From the human T2T-CHM13v2.0 reference genome, Homo sapiens: a stretch of 64,000 nucleotides of DNA. Below the pieces are notes generated by a model, which was not told where the DNA came from, did no database searches, and saw nothing but the letters and a program-made list of their open reading frames with translations. Both the position numbers and the translations under genes were made by a program. Location: assembly GCF_009914755.1 (NCBI RefSeq), contig NC_060927.1; one strand, given 5' to 3'. Position 1 is the first letter of the stretch. Each line of letters begins with the position of its first letter. This document shows positions 22,967 through 36,140 of this stretch, piece by piece.

Positions 22967-24575
22967 TACCCTGGCCCCTCCCAAATCTCATGTCCTCACA
23001 TTTCAAAACCATTCATGTTGTCCCAACAGTACCCCAAAGTCTTAACTCATTTCAGCATTAACTCAAAGGTCCACAGTACAAAATCTCATCTGAGACAAGG
23101 CAAGTCCCTTCCACCTATGAGCCTGTAAAATCAAAAGCAAGTTAGTTACTTCTTAGATACAATGGGGGTACAGGCATTGGGTAAATACAGCCATTCCAAA
23201 TAAGAGAAATTGGCCAAAACAAAGGGGCTACAGGCCCAATGCAAATCTGAAATCCAGTGGGGCAGTCAAATCTTAAAGCTCCAATTTGATCTCCTTTGAC
23301 TCCAGGTCTCACATCCAGGTCACGCTCATGCAAGAGGTGGACCCACAGCTTTGGGTATCTCTGCCCTGTAGCTTTGCACGGTATAGCCCTGCTCCTGGCT
23401 GCTTTCATGGGCTGGCGTTGAGTGTCTGTGGCTTTTCCAGGTGCAAGGTGCAAGCTCTCAGTGGATCTACCATTCTGGGTTCTAGAGGATGGTGGGTGGC
23501 CGTCTTCTCATAGCTCCACTAGGCAGTACCTCAGTGTGGGGACTCTGTGTGGGGTTTCACACCCCAAAATTCCCTTCTGCACTGCCCTAGCAGAGGCTGT
23601 TCATGAGGGTCCTGCCCCTGCAGCACACCTCTGTCTGGACATCCAGTCATTTCCATACATCCTCTGAAATCTAGGTGGAAGTTCCCAAACCCCAATTCTT
23701 GACTTATTTGCACCCACAGGCCCAACACCACATGTAAGCCTCCAAGGCTCGGGGCTCGAACCCTCTGAAGCAATGGCCTGAGGTCTACGTTGGTCTGTTG
23801 TAGCCACAGCTGGGATGCAGAGCACCAAGTCCCAAGACTGCACAAAGTAGCAAGGCCCTGGGCCTGGCCAGGAAGCCATTTTTTCCTCCTAGGCCTCTGG
23901 GTCTGTGATGGGAGGGGCTGCCATGAAGACCTCTGACATGCCCTGGAGACATTTTCCCCACTGTCTTGGTGATTAACACTTGGCTCCTCATTACTTATGC
24001 AAATTTCTCCAGCCAGCTTGAATTTCTCCTCAGAAAATGGGTTTTCCTTTTCTATCTCATGGTCAGGTTGCAAATTTTCTGCACTTTTATGCTCTGCTTG
24101 CTCTTTAAACCTAAGTTCCAATTCCAAACCATACCTTTGTGAATGAATAAAACTGAATGCTTTTAATAGTAGCCAATTCACATCTTGAATGCATTGCTGA
24201 TTAGGAATTTCTTTCACCAGATGTCCTAAATCATCTCTCTCAAGTTCAAAGTTCCACAGATCTCTAGGGCAGGGGCAAAATGCCACCACTCCTTTTGCTA
24301 AAACATAACAAGAGTCACCTTTGCTCCAGTTCCCAACAAGTTTCTCATCTCCATCTGAGACCACCTCAACCTGGACTTTATTGTCCATATCACTATAAGC
24401 ATTTTGGTGAAAGGCATTCAACAAATCTCTAGGAAGTTCCAAAGTTTCCTACATTTTCCTGTCTTCTTCTGAGCCCTCCAAACTGTTCCAACCTCTGCCT
24501 GTTATCCAGTTCCAAAGTCGCGTCCACATTTTCAGTTATCTTTACAGGAGCACCACACTCCCAGTACCAACTTAC
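22967..24575 (-). mobile_element. THE1C-int (MaLR internal region)
   Basis: About 1.6 kb between two THE1C LTRs; typical THE1-int sequence (CTCATCTGAGACAAGGCAAGTCCCTTCCACCTATGAGCC). Confidence 0.92.
23531..24442 (-). pseudogene. MaLR/THE1 internal ORF remnant (303 codons open, TTG start)
   Basis: ELPRDLLN..DMDNKVQ.EVVSDGDE.LVGNWSKGDSCY.LAK..AFCPCPRDLWNFELERDDLG is the characteristic MaLR ORF peptide; the C-terminal third is probably out of frame. Confidence 0.85.
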
Positions 24576-24939
24576 TGTATTAGTCTGTTTTAACACTGCT
24601 GATAAAGACATACCTCAGACTGGGTAATTTATAAAGAAAAAGAGGTTTAATGGACTCAAAGTTCCACATGGCTTTGGAGGCCTCACAATCATGGAGGAAG
24701 GTGAAAGGCATGTCTTACATGGTGGCAGGCAAGAGAGAATGAGAGCCAAGTGAAAAGGGAAACCCCTTATAAAAATCATCAGCTCTTGTGAGACTTATTC
24801 ACTACCATGAGAAAATTATGGGAGAAACCGCCCCCCATGATTCAATTGTCTCCAACTGGGTTCCTCCCACAACATGTGGGAGTTATGGGAGCTACCACTC
24901 AAGATGAGATTTGGGTGGGGACACAGCCAAACCATACCA
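24576..24939 (-). mobile_element. THE1C 5' LTR, full length
   Basis: TGTATTAGTCTGTTTTAACACTGCTGATAAAGACATACC...ACAGCCAAACCATACCA; homologous to 22669-22966. Confidence 0.93.
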
Positions 24940-25369
24940 CTCCACCCCTGCCCACTCCCAAATCTCATGTTTTCACATTTCAAAACCATTACAATCAATT
25001 ATTGTGATGCAATCTTGAATCTATAGCCAAATTTCCCACTTCTCAAGATTTATTGGAAAAAATTATCCCTAGTGTCCCTCAGAACTGTTTGGTTTTCTTT
25101 TTTTAACATTTAGACCTTTTTCATCCATCTCCAATGAACAGCATTGGAGTTGTTTATCTAGTAGAGTATGTATATAATTTATGACAAAGTTAATTTCAAT
25201 GATCCTCAAGTAAGCGTTTTTTCAGTACCCCCCATGACTATTATAGTCAACTTTCTTGTTCTCAGAAACACATGAATTAATATTTCACAGATGAAGCACA
25301 AATAATCAATAAACTTATGAAACTGCTTAGTAACAATATTTATTAAATTAGTCAACATTAAAAAAAACC

Positions 25370-25900
25370 TCAGCTGACATGGGTATGGTGACAGATAATC
25401 TCTTTACCCAGTGATGTGACTGTGAATTACTTTCTGGAAAGCAATTTGCCTATATGTTACAAGAGCCTAATAAAAGTTCATACTCTTTGATCTAGTAATT
25501 CTACTTTAGGAAATCAACCCTATAGAATTAGGTTAATATTTTGACAAAGATGTTCATTTCAGAATTCTTTTTGGTAGTGAAATATTATTTAAAAAAGTAT
25601 AAACATCTCTCAATAGAAAAATTGATTAAATTATGGTTATCACTGGGATATTATGCAGCTATTACAATTGTGTTTTTGAAGAATTTTTAGTAAAATGAAG
25701 CAGTTGTTAGAATATAAGAAGTTAAAAAAGCATATATATTTTTATTTTAAGTAAAGACAGAAAAATGACTTGATGGAAATATACTACTTTTTCAGTTATG
25801 TCCTTGGGAAGTGGAATTGTGGCTAATTTTTATTTTTTGCATTATATTTTTTCTGTGTTTTCAATTTTTGCATAATTTTAATGCATTTTTATTATGATTA
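25370..25900 (+). mobile_element. Old L1ME 3' fragment
   Basis: CTTTCTGGAAAGCAATTTG..CATACTCTTTGATCTAGTAATTCTACTTTAGGAA..CAAAGATGTTCAT. Confidence 0.65.
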
Positions 25901-27714
25901 TAAAGAAAGATTAAAAACATAAATATGATTGAGTTCTAGATTAAACAAAACCAGAAGAAGCATTATTTACAAAAGTTGACTCAACCAAGACTTTTACTCT
26001 TTGGATCTGTTACATGTAACATTACCACGTTTTGCTGCCCAAGCCAGCATTCTCTTTCTCATTAATAACTTTATGATTATGAAATGAGTTATAAACCAAT
26101 TATAAAAGAAAACCATTACTGCCTGATAGACACAAAATAACATTAAAGCAGAAATGCATCTATTCGGCACTGACAATCTTGATGGTCAAACTGCCTGGAA
26201 AATGAAACTCCTATAATTTAAATGTACCAAATTAGGAAACCTCACAAGAAACCCAGACACTTTGTCATTTGGCAATATGGACTGTTGCCTGGTTAACACA
26301 CTAAATGATTACTAAAGCTTACAGAACAAAGACTGACTTTACCTAAAGGAGTCTGAAAGTTCAGAAACTCAAGAACATAGAAATATTAACATCTGGAAGA
26401 AACTGGATTGATGCTCTCAATAAAGAGTGGCACAACCTTAGATAAAATAACATTCATTTGATATGAGAGTTGAGTATAGAATAAAACCATACTTTATTCT
26501 GATGAATTCCAGATTACAATTTGCTAGAAGAAAACCCAGAGATTTTATTTAAGATGACTCTAAATTACGCCCAATGATTTATATAAAAAGTATTCCTACT
26601 AGCAATATTTATATTGATGAAAATTAAGAGAAAATTAAGGTTTAACAATTGAGCTTTTTTTAACATAAATTATATTTCCATAGAATCTTATGCCATCATT
26701 GAAAAAGGTGTTGTCACAGAATATTTAATGAATTAGGAAAATGTTAATAACTTATTAATAAAAATATAGTTATCAGATTGAAATCCATATATATGACATA
26801 TATTCATATATATGTATGCAAAAACCACAATTTTGCACCCAAAAAATATCTCTAGGTAATATTGTCATAATTAGTTTTCACTTTCTTCCTTATTTTCTTT
26901 AGTTTCTAATTTTTTTATGACAGAAAAGGTGACCTGAAAGTCTTCCTAATCTCCTCACCTATGAACCTGTTAAATAATTACATTAATAATAAAGATATCT
27001 TCTTTAAAATATGTATTTAAAACATTGTAACTGAGGTTTAATCTCAGTAATTCTGAAATATTTATTTACGCATGTGGGAACAAAATGTTATTTTATAACT
27101 ACCAGCAGATTATCTGTTAGTGGTAGTATATTGTTATCCCATAGAGAGAGAGAGAAAAAAAATAAACCCTTCAGCAGGACTTTTGATCACGCAAAGGCAA
27201 AACTTGACTGGAGTGGCCAGGAGTTGAACTGAGATTAGAGAGAGTTAAACTTTCCTGTATGATATTGCAAACATTTGTCTTCATTCGGTGTTGAATTATG
27301 CTTCTGCAGTTTTGTTTAACTGAGAGGTGAGCATAGAGCATTGGCGAGGGGGATGATGGAGAAAAGTCTGTTCCTCCTTTCTACTGGGCTAATCCAGGGG
27401 TGGTGAGGGGGTTATCTCAGGGGCTTAAGGACACCCAGATTCCACATATGCAAAACATAATCAAGGACATTATTAGTGGGAGAGATGTTCAGAAACTGTG
27501 TCCACCTTTTGAGAGCTTCCAATCTACTTTGAACTGCAACATACAGAATAACTACCAACAAGGTACGGTATTCCCACTGTCAAGAAATATTAATGAGCTA
27601 AGTTTGCAGAGGCCTGATATTATAGGAATCACCTACAGGATTAATGTCCACTTAGCAGTTATGGCAGAAAAATATTCATCTCTTCTTCCTCATCAACTGA
27701 CATTATCTCCTGTA

Positions 27715-28180
27715 TCAACTACAAATGCATTTAGCTTCGAGTACTAGCAAACCCTACTAAGAGTGAGTCAAGTATTACAGACATGTATTATGCCATGGAA
27801 CAGCAGGGCAACCCAGCCCCTGGCACTGGCTCAGCTATTTAATGATGTCTTCCCAGATTCTTCCTTTCTTTCCACCCTGCTATCCATAGCATGCTGGATT
27901 TTTATCCCTGGGTTTGCTGCCTCATGTTTGCAAGATGGCTGCCAGATCCTGACATTATATTTGCATCCAATGCCAGAATAAAAAGAGAAAGAGACAAGCG
28001 CAGTTGCCTTTTGTAATAAGAAAACGAACTTGCTCCCAAAACTATCATCCTTATCACCAGCAACTTTCTCCTAGATATGGCACATGACCACCCCTGACCA
28101 AATGAGTGGCTGGGAAAGCATTTCATTTGCTCCAGTTTTCTGGGAGGTGGTCAGGAATAGTGAGGTTGGAAGTGACGGTA
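27715..28180 (-). mobile_element. Old MLT1 (J/K-like) LTR
   Basis: GCCTCATGTTTGCAAGATGGCTGCC..CACATGACCACCCCTGACCAA. Confidence 0.55.
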
Positions 28181-28617
28181 TCCGAATGGGGTCTCCCCTA
28201 CTTCTCCTTGTGGTTTTGGCATTTACACAACAATTTTTCCCTTATTTCTAGTTATTCTTACAGTTACTCCCTGTAATTGTTAGAAAACATTTCTATTTTG
28301 TCCACTAAGTCCAGGCATATAATCATATAAAATTTGGTAACTTGGAATATTTAAACACAATGACAATGACAAAACTTACTGATGGTTTTGTAAATCAGAA
28401 AGCACAAAAGCGCGGAGAAGATAACGTCAAAAACATTTCTTTCTAGTATGGTGATGGGGAGATTGTGGAATGGGGCATTGCCTGAGTCCCATAATGTTGC
28501 CAATGTTATCTTTTATCTGCTTCCCCTGTTTCATTTACTCAGGACACTGAGAGGGCATAGCTGCTAGAGAGATGAACCCTCTTGCTGGAAACAATGCATA
28601 CCCAAGTAATAGTTTAT

Positions 28618-29174
28618 ATCAGTGTTTTTCAAGTTTTTTCAATATTGTCTGCCTAAGGAGACCTTTCAGATATTTTTTCCTGATTGCCTTCTCCATAAAA
28701 TTTTAGTAGACAGATATACAGTCAGCCCTCTGTGTTTGTGGGTTCCACATCTGTGGATTCCACCAACTAAGAATTGAAAATATTTAAAAAGAAAAACTGT
28801 GTCTGTACTGAACATGTACAGAGTTTTTCCTTATCATTATTTCCTAAACAATACAGTATAACTATTTACATAGCATTTACATTTATTGTGTATAAGTTAC
28901 CTAGAGATGATTTATACAGGAGATGCAGGTAGATAATATTCAAATACTATACCATTTTATATCAGACATTTGAGCACCCATGGATTTTGTTATTTGCAGG
29001 GAGGCCTGGAACCAATGCCCCACAGATACCAGGGAATGACCGTACTGTATACATGTTTATGCCTTGGATGTATATCTGTACTTTATACATAAAATGAATA
29101 TGATTCTCTTGTGCCCATCTCCAAGCCAATTTTTGCTCTCTTGGGAATAACATTGCCCCTCTGAGAATGCATAG
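28618..29174 (-). mobile_element. MER112-like hAT element, split by MER2
   Basis: Ends CCAATTTTTGCTCTCTTGGGAATAACATTGCCCCTCTGAGAATGCAT. Confidence 0.6.
28719..29042. mobile_element. MER2 (TcMar-Tigger)
   Basis: CAGTCAGCCCTCTGTGTTTGTGGGTTCCACATCTGTGGATTC...CAGATACCAGGGAATGACCG; TA on both sides. Confidence 0.88.
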
Positions 29175-29698
29175 TCTCTATCATGAAGACTTCCTCTCAA
29201 GGATGGATGAATAAAGGGAATTAAGAAAAATACCTGAAATGATTCTTGAAGAATGAAAATAACTACATAGAGAGACAGAAGGAAAAAAACATCAGACGTT
29301 TTGGGAATGCAGAAATAAAGCTGAAGACATGTGGGATTGTTATGAAGGTATCGGGGATGAAGAAGTGACCAACTTAGGTGGGGTCACAGCTTTAGGTGAG
29401 GAGTAAAGAGAAAGAGTCCTCCAGCATGGCCTTTCTCAGATTGTACACTCAAGGATCTCAATGCCAGCATCAAGAGTATGAATTGTAACAAATGAGGAAT
29501 TCACTAAAGGGAAGTGAAATCATCAAGGAATTGTGGCTTGGGGTTGGGGGATAATTTCCAATTTGACTAGTTTCCACATCTTTATCTTTATTTCTCAAGA
29601 CAGCTGCTTCCAGGTTACAATAAAAGAGAGTCTACCTAAAGAATCTTTACTAGTTCAGTAAGAATCTCTCTAAATTCCTATTGCACAAGAGGAATCTA

Positions 29699-30094
<396 letters not shown>

Positions 30095-31014
30095 CTATAT
30101 GAATTATCAAATGGCAAACTCTCCCTCAAGCTTCTTCCTACAAGGAAAACACCTAGAAGCTTCAGCATGAATTAAAGTTGTGTTGTGTTTTACTTTTCTT
30201 CCAAAATGGTCATAATTAATTTTGTTGACACAAATACACAAAATGTTAAAGACTAATGGCACCATGTTGGTGAGAAGACAAACCCATTCTTGCTTAATAC
30301 ACTGGAGAAAGATGCTCAGATCATTCAACCATGTGAAAGCAACCTTTCTTGTACTGCAAAGTCAGCAAGACCTCTGCTAAAAACAAACTAAAAAGCTATT
30401 GCATAAATGCAAATACATACATTAGGGTCACATTATGTATCTAATTTAACCAATATTTCAGACAAAATTGTGTAATAAAAATGAATGTGAATCTTGTAAA
30501 GACCTCTTTCAATTGCCCTCTCCAGTGTTCCTTCATCACCCTTAGAATAACTCCAACTTTGAGACACACACATACACACAAACACAGGATGGAATAATTT
30601 CTAGAGGTGTACATTAAAAATAAAAGTTAAATCTGTCTTGGGGATCAATGAATTAACAGAGATAGATAAACTCCTTTTGTCTTAGCCATAATAGATCAAT
30701 AAAGTAAAAGAAAGACATTTTGGTAGATTTTTCTCACTGAATTTATTGACTTTTTTAATGTTATGAAGAAATGTAGAGATTATACTGTGGGATTAGTTGA
30801 TCCTTTTTTCTTGAGTCTGGGAAACAAATCTGTGTAAGAACTGTGTCATGCAAAACTCAGAAGCACCTAGATCTTCCTTTCTGAATAGACAAGGAATTGT
30901 TAAATGAGACGCAGTCTCTTTTTACCCCATGATCAAAATGTAAGACTTGTAAATGGGGTCTCAAGTTAAAATTTCTTAAGTTTAAAAGGGGATTCCCTAA
31001 ATTCAATTTAGTAT

Positions 31015-31320
31015 CCTGGAATGAATCCCAGAGAAAGGGCATTAGTGGAAAACTGGGGAAATCTGAATAGACTTCCGAAAAGCAGGTTGCTGCTTTGAGT
31101 ATTCTTTTTCTTTGAGTTTTGCTAATTTGATCATAATGTGCCTCAATAAAGTCTGTAGTTTAGTTAATAAAAATGTATCATTGTTAATGTCTTAGTTCTG
31201 ATAAATGTTCCATGGTTATGCAAGATGTTACCATTATAAGGGAAATGATGAAAAGTATGTGGGAGCCTGTGGAATAGGCTTTTTCTGTAAATCTAAAATA
31301 TTCTAAAATAAAAATTTGCT
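31015..31320 (+). mobile_element. L1MC/MD 3' end fragment
   Basis: GCATTAGTGGAAAACTGG..AATAAAGTCTGTAGTTTAGTTAATA..ATGGTTATGCAAGATGTTA..CTGTAAATCTAAAAT. Confidence 0.7.
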
Positions 31321-31489
31321 TTAAAGAAAGCTCTCTCTCCAGTTCACTCGTCTTAGAGAATACTCATGGTATTCATTGGAGTAAACCGTGTTTTATGATC
31401 ACCCTAACACATTAGGGGTTATTTTGTTCTTTTTGTATATAGAAACATTTAGTAAGTATTTACTGGATTCCATTGTGCAAAGAGCATAG

Positions 31490-32140
31490 CAAAGATGTCC
31501 TGGATTTAAGAGTTGGAATCTTTGCATTTAGATTCATTATGAGCCGTGAGATCCTGTGCAAGTCATTTAAACCTTTAGCAGCTATGCCTCTCCACTTTAA
31601 TTCCTTTTGGGATAGGAACCCCATTTCACTCATCCCGGTAGCCTTCAGTAACCTTTTTTGGAGGAAATATGGGACAAGTGACAGCTTCAGAGTCAAACTT
31701 AGTTTAAAATTCCAGCTGCCCCACTAACCATGCATGTTACTATGGGCCACAGTGTTTAACATTTTTGAGTTTCAGTTTTTTTCATCTGTAAACTTTTGAG
31801 ATGATGAAATGAGATGATACACGTAGAACACCCAACAGTGTCTAGCACAAACCGGAAGATTAGCGTGCTTCCTCTATAGAACAGCACCTTTCCCATGGAA
31901 TTTTACTTATTTTTAATCTCGAAACACTTTTCTAGTACTCACCATGTGGAAGACCCTGTGCTAAATGTTTTTCAAATAGCAACTCATTTGATTATCTTAA
32001 CAATCTTATGAAGGTTTTATCATCCCATTTTACAGATGAGATGAGGAAATTGAGGCATAAAGAAGTTACCTTATATGCCAAGATCTAACAACTACTAAGT
32101 GGCAGGACCTAGAATCTGTACACACACAGTACTCCTCCAG
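31490..32140. mobile_element. Cluster of MIR fragments in both orientations
   Basis: GCAAGTCATTTAAACCT; TCAGTTTTTTTCATCTGTAAA; ATCCCATTTTACAGATGAG..GAAATTGAGGC. Confidence 0.7.
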
Positions 32141-32472
32141 GGTTCGTATTCCCCAAATGCTAAACTTTCATAGATCATATTCTACCAAAGAGATGCATAG
32201 GCCCACGAGGGGCTTGCCTTGTTTACTGTAGTCTGCCAACACTGCCAGCACAGAGTAGGTGTTCACACACACTCTGGCTAAACGAATGAATGCATAGCAG
32301 TCCCTGTATAGACATGTGCTGATTCAAATATCGGCCAACCCATTTCCCTGCATCTCCAGCATCGCAGCAGAAAGGAACTAGCCTTCTCCATGAGCCTATG
32401 TTTTAGTTCCTGTGTTTGAAACACTAGACTCTCATTCAAATCTCAAACCATCCTATAAGGGGCATGGGAATA

Positions 32473-32992
32473 CAGCAGGTGCCCCAGAACAATGTTTCAG
32501 TCAATGAACTGAATACACAACAGTGGTCCTACGAGATCACAATGGAGCTGAAATAGTCCTGTCACCTAGTGACATTGTAGCCATTCTGCTGCTGTAGCAT
32601 TACTCACTTGTTTGCGGTGATGCTGGTGTAAACAAATGTACTGAGCTGCCACTTGTATAAAAGTCTAGCACATATAATACGTACAGTACATAATGCTTGT
32701 CAATGATAATAAATAGCTATGTTACTGGTTTATGTATTTACTATACTTTTTATCATTATTTTCGAGTGTCCTCCTTCTACTTGTAAAAAAAAAAAAAAAA
32801 GAAAAAGAAAGAAAAGTTAACTGAAACAGCCTCAGGCAGGCCCTTCAGGAGTTATTCCAGTAGAAAGCATTGTCCTCATAGGAGATGACAGTTCCATACA
32901 TGTTACTGCTCCTGAAGGCCTTCCAGTGGGACAAGATGTAGAAATGGAAGACAGTGATATTGATGATCCTGACCCTGTGTAGGCCTAGGCTA

Positions 32993-33034
<42 letters not shown>

Positions 33035-33713
33035 TAGTTTTTAATAAAAAGTTTAAAAAACAAAAAGAAAAATTTTTTAAATAGAAAAAAGCTTATAAAA
33101 TAAAGATATAAAGACAGAAAATATTTTTGTACAGCTGTACAATGTGTGTTTTAAGCTGTGTTATTACAAAAGAGTTGTAAAGTTAAAAAAATTAAAAAAT
33201 TTATATAGTAAAAAGTTACAGTAAGTTAGGGAAATTATTGAAGAAAGAAAATTAAAAAAATTAATATAGTGTAGCCTAAGTGTACAGTATATGAGAGTCT
33301 ACAGTAGTGTACAGTGACGTCCTAGGCTGTTCACATTCACTCACCACTCACTCCCGACTCACCCAGAGCAACTTCTAGTCCTGCAAGTTATGTATATGGT
33401 TAAGTGCCTTCTACGGGTGTGACTTTTTTTTATCTTTTATACCACGGTTTTACTGTACCTTTACTATGTCTAGATATGTTCAGATACACAAATACTTACC
33501 GTTGTGTTAAAATTGCCTACAGTATTCTGTATAGGCACATGCTGTACAGGCTTGTAGCCTGGGAGCAATAGGCTACACCATATTGCTTAGGTGTGTAGTA
33601 GGCTATATTCTTCAGGTTTGTGTAAGTGCAATCTATGATGTTCTTACAATGACAGAATTACCTAAGGATGCATTTCTCAGAACATATTCCCGCCATTAAG
33701 TGGCACAGGACTG
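32473..33713 (+). mobile_element. Tigger3b (Golem), essentially full length
   Basis: About 1.24 kb with TA TSDs at 32471-72 and 33714-15; CCTTCCAGTGGGACAAGATG..GTGATATTGATGATCCTGACCCTGTGTAGGCCTAGGCTAATG. Confidence 0.9.
32994..33032 (+). repeat. (TG)~19 microsatellite inside Tigger3b
   Basis: Uninterrupted TG run. Confidence 0.97.
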
Positions 33714-33924
33714 TATTTCCCTCTTCTTCCTGGAGAAATCAGAACACAGAAAGAAAGCACTTAACCTCCCCAAGTCACGTAATTAATCAGAAATGCAGCC
33801 AGCATCAGATCCCCAGGATTCCTGCTTCCAAAGCACAGGCCTTTTGTAGTCTAACTGGATGCCTCCCAGGGAGATAAATACTGGGAATATGTTTGTCGTT
33901 GAAGCGGTTCTTTCCTTCGCTTGA

Positions 33925-34268
<344 letters not shown>

Positions 34269-35719
34269 GGTATCCTTTTACTCTACTTTATTCTTTTCCT
34301 TACTGCAGCCGTCATTATTTGGCATCACATTGTATTTGTTTTCCGCCTGTGCCCCTGTCTAACTGGCAAGTTCCAACAAGGCAGAGAATGTGTCTGTCTT
34401 GGTGATCATTGTATCTTAGGGCCTATAATAATACCCAAAACAAGCAAAGCATTAAAAATGTATATTACCCCATAAATAAATAGATATGCAGGCCATTCCA
34501 GCAATAGTTTAGTAGTATTACCCTTATTAAGATTACCAGTATCTCTTTTTATCACTTAGGTCAGTTGGGACAAAGCTTTATTTAATAAGATAAAACTGAC
34601 AGGAAAATTGAGTAAACAGTGTTGGTTTCAAATCAGACCAAAGCATACAGTCCAAGCAACACCATTAACAACTAGGAAACCAAACACTTGGGGTAAGGAT
34701 GTCTTTCAGACAAGCGGAATAGCCAGTACCAGTGAGTTACCAAACACAGCCCCAGTTTTCATTCCTTCTAAATCTTCATGAGCTTGGAAATACTCCTCTG
34801 CTGCAGATCTCAAATTGTTTTAATTCACCTCTCATTTTTCCATCAGGAAACAATTGGCCTTGATTTATTTTGTATCACTTTATTTATGCATCTCCTGTAA
34901 GACTGAAACATTGATTTTCCTAAGAGATAATGTTAATAGGATCAATATACCACAACAGGCATGTATCAAAGTGCCATTTCTTTACCCTAAGCTGGGTGAA
35001 GGCACGAGGCACTGGGGGCAGGCAGCCTCTGCTGAAATCCACCCAGCTCTGGTGATTTGGAAGGTGGTATAAAGGCACCTTTGCTAATAAATTATGAATG
35101 AGCTCAAGCACTTTGATGACCCAGATAAGATGCCAAAGAGCACCACTGAGGACTCTAGGGAGTCTGGAAACCTAGATCATATTTTAAAGCTATCTTTAAA
35201 CACAGTCCACACTAGGGCCAGAATATTTGAGAGAGGGAGTCAGGGCAGGGGTCACACAAAGGACTAGCTCTTTGTTGGAATTTTATTCTGAGTGATTGGG
35301 GGTAACTGGAACAAGCCATTTCCCAGGTGGTCTCCTCTTTCATCTACTTTTGGAAGCTTCAAATTCCAGTGTTTGACACAGGCAGCAAAAGAGAACCAGT
35401 GATCCCACTGCTTAATGGTAAAGCTAAGTGAGTTTTGCAGGCAGGTTTTATTTTACCAACATAAATGTGGTCTCATTTCTTCCTGTCTGTAGACTCTAAT
35501 GCAACCCAGACAGACAGTTCTGTGCTGGAAACCCACAGGCCGAAGCCTCCCTTCCCTCTCCTGACACCTACAGGGTCTCTCTGCTGTAACAAAGCACTGA
35601 GTCTTTAACTCTGCAGGGGAAGGTGCTTAGCAGAATCATGTAGGGAACTCTTCTAAAAGCACACTTGCTGGAGCAAATGATCATCCTCTCACCTAAGCTG
35701 AGAATCACTCAGACTCTCA

Positions 35720-36140
35720 CTTGTGGTTCTAACTCTAGAAATTCATTAGAATCAGCTGAAGAACTTTTGAACACTAGATTCCCCATCCCACTTCAGACTT
35801 ACTGGTAAAGAGATTGAGGGAAGGGGATGGGAATAAGGGAAAGAGAATCTCTATTTTTAAAATGCTCCCAGGGGAATTTAATAGGCTCCTTTAGCTAACA
35901 TATTTGACAACCATTTCTCCAAAATTCCAATGGCTCTCAACCATGGCTGCACATTACCTGAATTATCTGTGAAGATTTTAAACAATATTGATGTCCATGT
36001 CCCATTGTAGACCAGGGTTTCTGTGTGTTGGGGGTCTATCCCAGGCCCCTACCTGACGGATGGCCTAGCAACCTCCTCTCCTAAGCAAAAATGTCCCCAA
36101 GCATTGCCAAATGTTCCCTAGAATACAAAATTGCCTGCCC
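35720..36140. mobile_element. Cluster of MER5B- and MER20-like hAT fragments
   Basis: CTCTCAACCATGGCTGCACATTA; AAAAATGTCCCCAAGCATTGCCAAATGTTCCC. Confidence 0.6.

Noticed and set aside
27400-27747. 115-aa non-repeat ORF
   Set aside because: GTG start, no recognisable domain or exon boundaries; length is compatible with chance.
30988-30997. NF-kB site GGGGATTCCC (also GGGGTATTCC near 55110)
   Set aside because: Single 10-mers are expected by chance in 64 kb and have no supporting context.
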